Source: Centroscyllium fabricii
Taxonomy: Eukaryota
NCBI GenBank assembly: GCA_051313645.2
Contig: JBNRSN020000025.1
Location: forward strand, 79,174,001 to 79,238,000
Length of the DNA: 64,000 nt
Direction of reading: 5' to 3'
Position 1 is the stretch's first letter. The number at the start of each line of letters is the position of its first letter. Of the stretch, positions 61,661-64,000 are shown piece by piece. The notes beneath the pieces were generated by a model. It was not told where the DNA came from and did not search any database. It was given only the letters and a program-made list of their open reading frames with translations. Made by a program: the position numbers and the translations under genes.

Positions 61661-62261
61661 ACTGTAGATAAACCGTCATTGCCTCCGTCTATAATGTATG
61701 TGGGCAGGGGCTTTCTTTTTAAATTTGTTCATGGCATGTGGGCATCGCTGGCAATGCCAGCATTTATTGCCCATCCCTAGTTGTCCTTGAGTGGCTTGCT
61801 GGGCCATTTCAGAGGGCAGTTAAGAGTCAACAACATTGCTGGGTCTGGAGTCACGTAGAGGCCAGACCAGGTGAGGACGGCAGATTTCCTTCCCTGAAGG
61901 ACATTAGGGACATTTTTAATGCAAGTGCAAGCGATGAGGTTGTCCGCTCTGATGTACCGTCCTGTTTTAGATCTGGCTTCGTCCCACTGCTTCGTGAACC
62001 ATCATCTGTGAAGAAAGCAGAAGGCACATTTGTAAATGCAGTCCTGAAATTTGCCAATTCACCATTGCCCTTGAAAGTAGTGAGGAGAAAAATGAATGTT
62101 GTTCATGGGAGACCTCTTTCTACTCTGCCATCCAGGAGACGCTATCAGCTGATGCGCATCTCCCTCCCACCTCTTAAACAGGAGTGCCTCCCACTGCCTC
62201 CATATTGATGTCAACCAGCATCCTTTATTCATAGGCATCCAAGAGCATCATTGGGTTTCTG

Positions 62262-62491
62262 CAGGTGGTGAACCTGTTGAATTCTCTACCACAGAAGGCT
62301 GTGGGGGCCAAGTCACTGAATATATTTAAGGAGGAGTTAGATAGATTTCCAGACACAAAAGGCATGAAGCGATATGGGGAGAGAGCGGGAATATGGTATT
62401 GAGATAGAGGATTCACCATGATCGTATTGAATGGTGGAGCAGGTTAGAAGGGCCGAATGGCCGACTCCTGCTCCTGTTTTCCTATGTTTCT
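62262..62491 (+). mobile_element. CR1 3' end
   Basis: VVNL.NSLPQKAV motif and tail. Confidence 0.8.
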
Positions 62492-62734
62492 GCTCCCACC
62501 GGTGCAAATAGGGTCCCTGTCGTGTGCCGTCTTTTTCTCTGAAGGTGACTTGAGTAGACATTATTGGCCGAGCCTGTTCACTGGGGACCCTTGCTGCTCT
62601 GCATTTACTCCGCTGTAGCATGCATTGGGCACATGTTTCCAGATCTATCTTTTGAAAAAAGTCACCGCCTCCATTAAGGGCATCTTCACAGAGTCATACC
62701 AGAGTCAGCACACAGCTAATTACATATTCTCACC

Positions 62735-64000
62735 TAGGGTTGCAAAGGGGTGGAAAGTTTCCGGTAAATTTCCAGAAATTTTCCATGGGAAGTTTAGCTT
62801 GGGAATTTTGCCCAAAAAAGCACATGCTAGCATAATATTATTTTTCTTCTTTTTTTTCCACAGGTCCTCTCTTAAAATTACTAACAGAGATGGAATCTTA
62901 ATTATTAAGGAATTTCTTAATCAATATATGTTTATCTTCTTACTTGGCTTGTTTTAATAATTACAAGTTTTGTGTGTGACTGTGAGCAAATGTGTCCTGA
63001 TTGGTTGGATGAGTGGATGAGCGATTAGCTCCCTCTATTTGTAATATTTGCATATCGAATTGTGATTGGCCTCTGTAAGACTGCTATAGTTTTTTTAAGA
63101 TCCAGGTTAGGGGTCCTGAGGGAAGTCATTTTGTTTTCTGCTGATGTTGTGATGATGCAGTAAGTAAATCAGACTTTATACCAAATAAACCAGTTACTTG
63201 TTGACTCTGTTGTCCTTCAATATAAAATATACAAAATAATACACTATTGGTGATGTAGCGTCGTGTGTGTACAGGTCATACTTCCATCACATGGAACATC
63301 AGCAAAAAAACCTCACCCTGTTGCAATCGTGCTGATCGACCACAGTTCGACACAGAGATGAATGCCCTTTATTTCTGTGCATAGAACAATGCCACATTTA
63401 CCATCGGATGTGTGGAAGAATTTTACCCCAGGCATTAAAGATGGAAAGACTGTGTACATGTGCAAACAGTGTACAAAGCCATTTGTAAAGAATGCCACAA
63501 AGATGCAGCAGCATTTATCCAAATGCAACAACTTCACTCAAAGCTCACAGCAGTCAGCCCAGAGTTCCTCTGCTTCCATTCAAGAAGATGATGGTTCTCA
63601 TTCAGCATCAGGCTCCTTATCATCAGCAACTCCTGGCCCACTTGGAAGGTTCTTTGTTACAATGGATAACTATAGCCAGAAGAATGCAGATGAGTGCCTT
63701 GCTTGAGCTGTATATGCAACAGGCTCACCCCTCATGCTCACAGCCAATGTGTACTGGAAGAGATTTTTCAATGTTATTCGTCCTGCATACTGTCCTCCCA
63801 CCAGACATGCTTTGCCTAATTATTTGCTGGAGGCTGAGTATAACAGAGTCCAAGGAAAACTCAAAGAAATGATAGCGATGGCAGACTGTGTTGCAGTTAT
63901 CTCAGATGGGTGGTCAAATGTACGAGGGGAGGGCATCATAAACTACATCGCCTCCACTCCTCTCCCAGTGTTCTTCAAGAGCACAGACACGAAGGACAAC
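62735..64000 (+). mobile_element. hAT DNA transposon, left part
   Basis: TAGGGTTGCAAAG terminus with GGAAA/TTTCC subterminal repeats upstream of a transposase frame. Confidence 0.8.
63389..64000 (+). pseudogene. hAT transposase (BED zinc finger + catalytic start), one in-frame TGA at 63704-63706, runs off the window
   Basis: VWKNF...CKQC...MQQHLSKC; the same frame continues RPAYCPPTR...SDGWSNVRGEGIINY. Confidence 0.85.

Overview
Eukaryotic, non-coding-dominated genomic DNA, most likely from a cartilaginous fish (inferred from HE1/V-SINE-type SINEs and HER1/CR1-type LINE tails). Most of the window is nested transposable elements: three Gypsy LTR families (one near-complete provirus with a tRNA-Trp PBS, plus a nested pair with no recognisable PBS), several solo LTRs, many CR1 LINEs, Rex1/Babar-type and L2 LINE pieces, tRNA-derived SINEs, many Harbinger-type MITEs plus a Harbinger remnant with a Myb/SANT ORF, a hAT transposase running off the right edge, and a ~2 kb 15-bp minisatellite. 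No host gene could be identified; only a few splice-flanked exon candidates were seen. The main signals are: (i) Penelope-like pLTR pieces carrying minimal hammerhead ribozyme motifs, including a ~470-bp palindromic insertion and a 90-nt insertion starting exactly at the predicted self-cleavage site; (ii) a Gypsy family with a terminal hairpin where a tRNA primer-binding site is expected, a YY1-motif/15-aa repeat array in gag, and two antisense insertions into its own LTRs; (iii) a SINE with a swapped LINE tail. Family names come from recalled motif similarity, not database searches, and mismatch counts are by eye.
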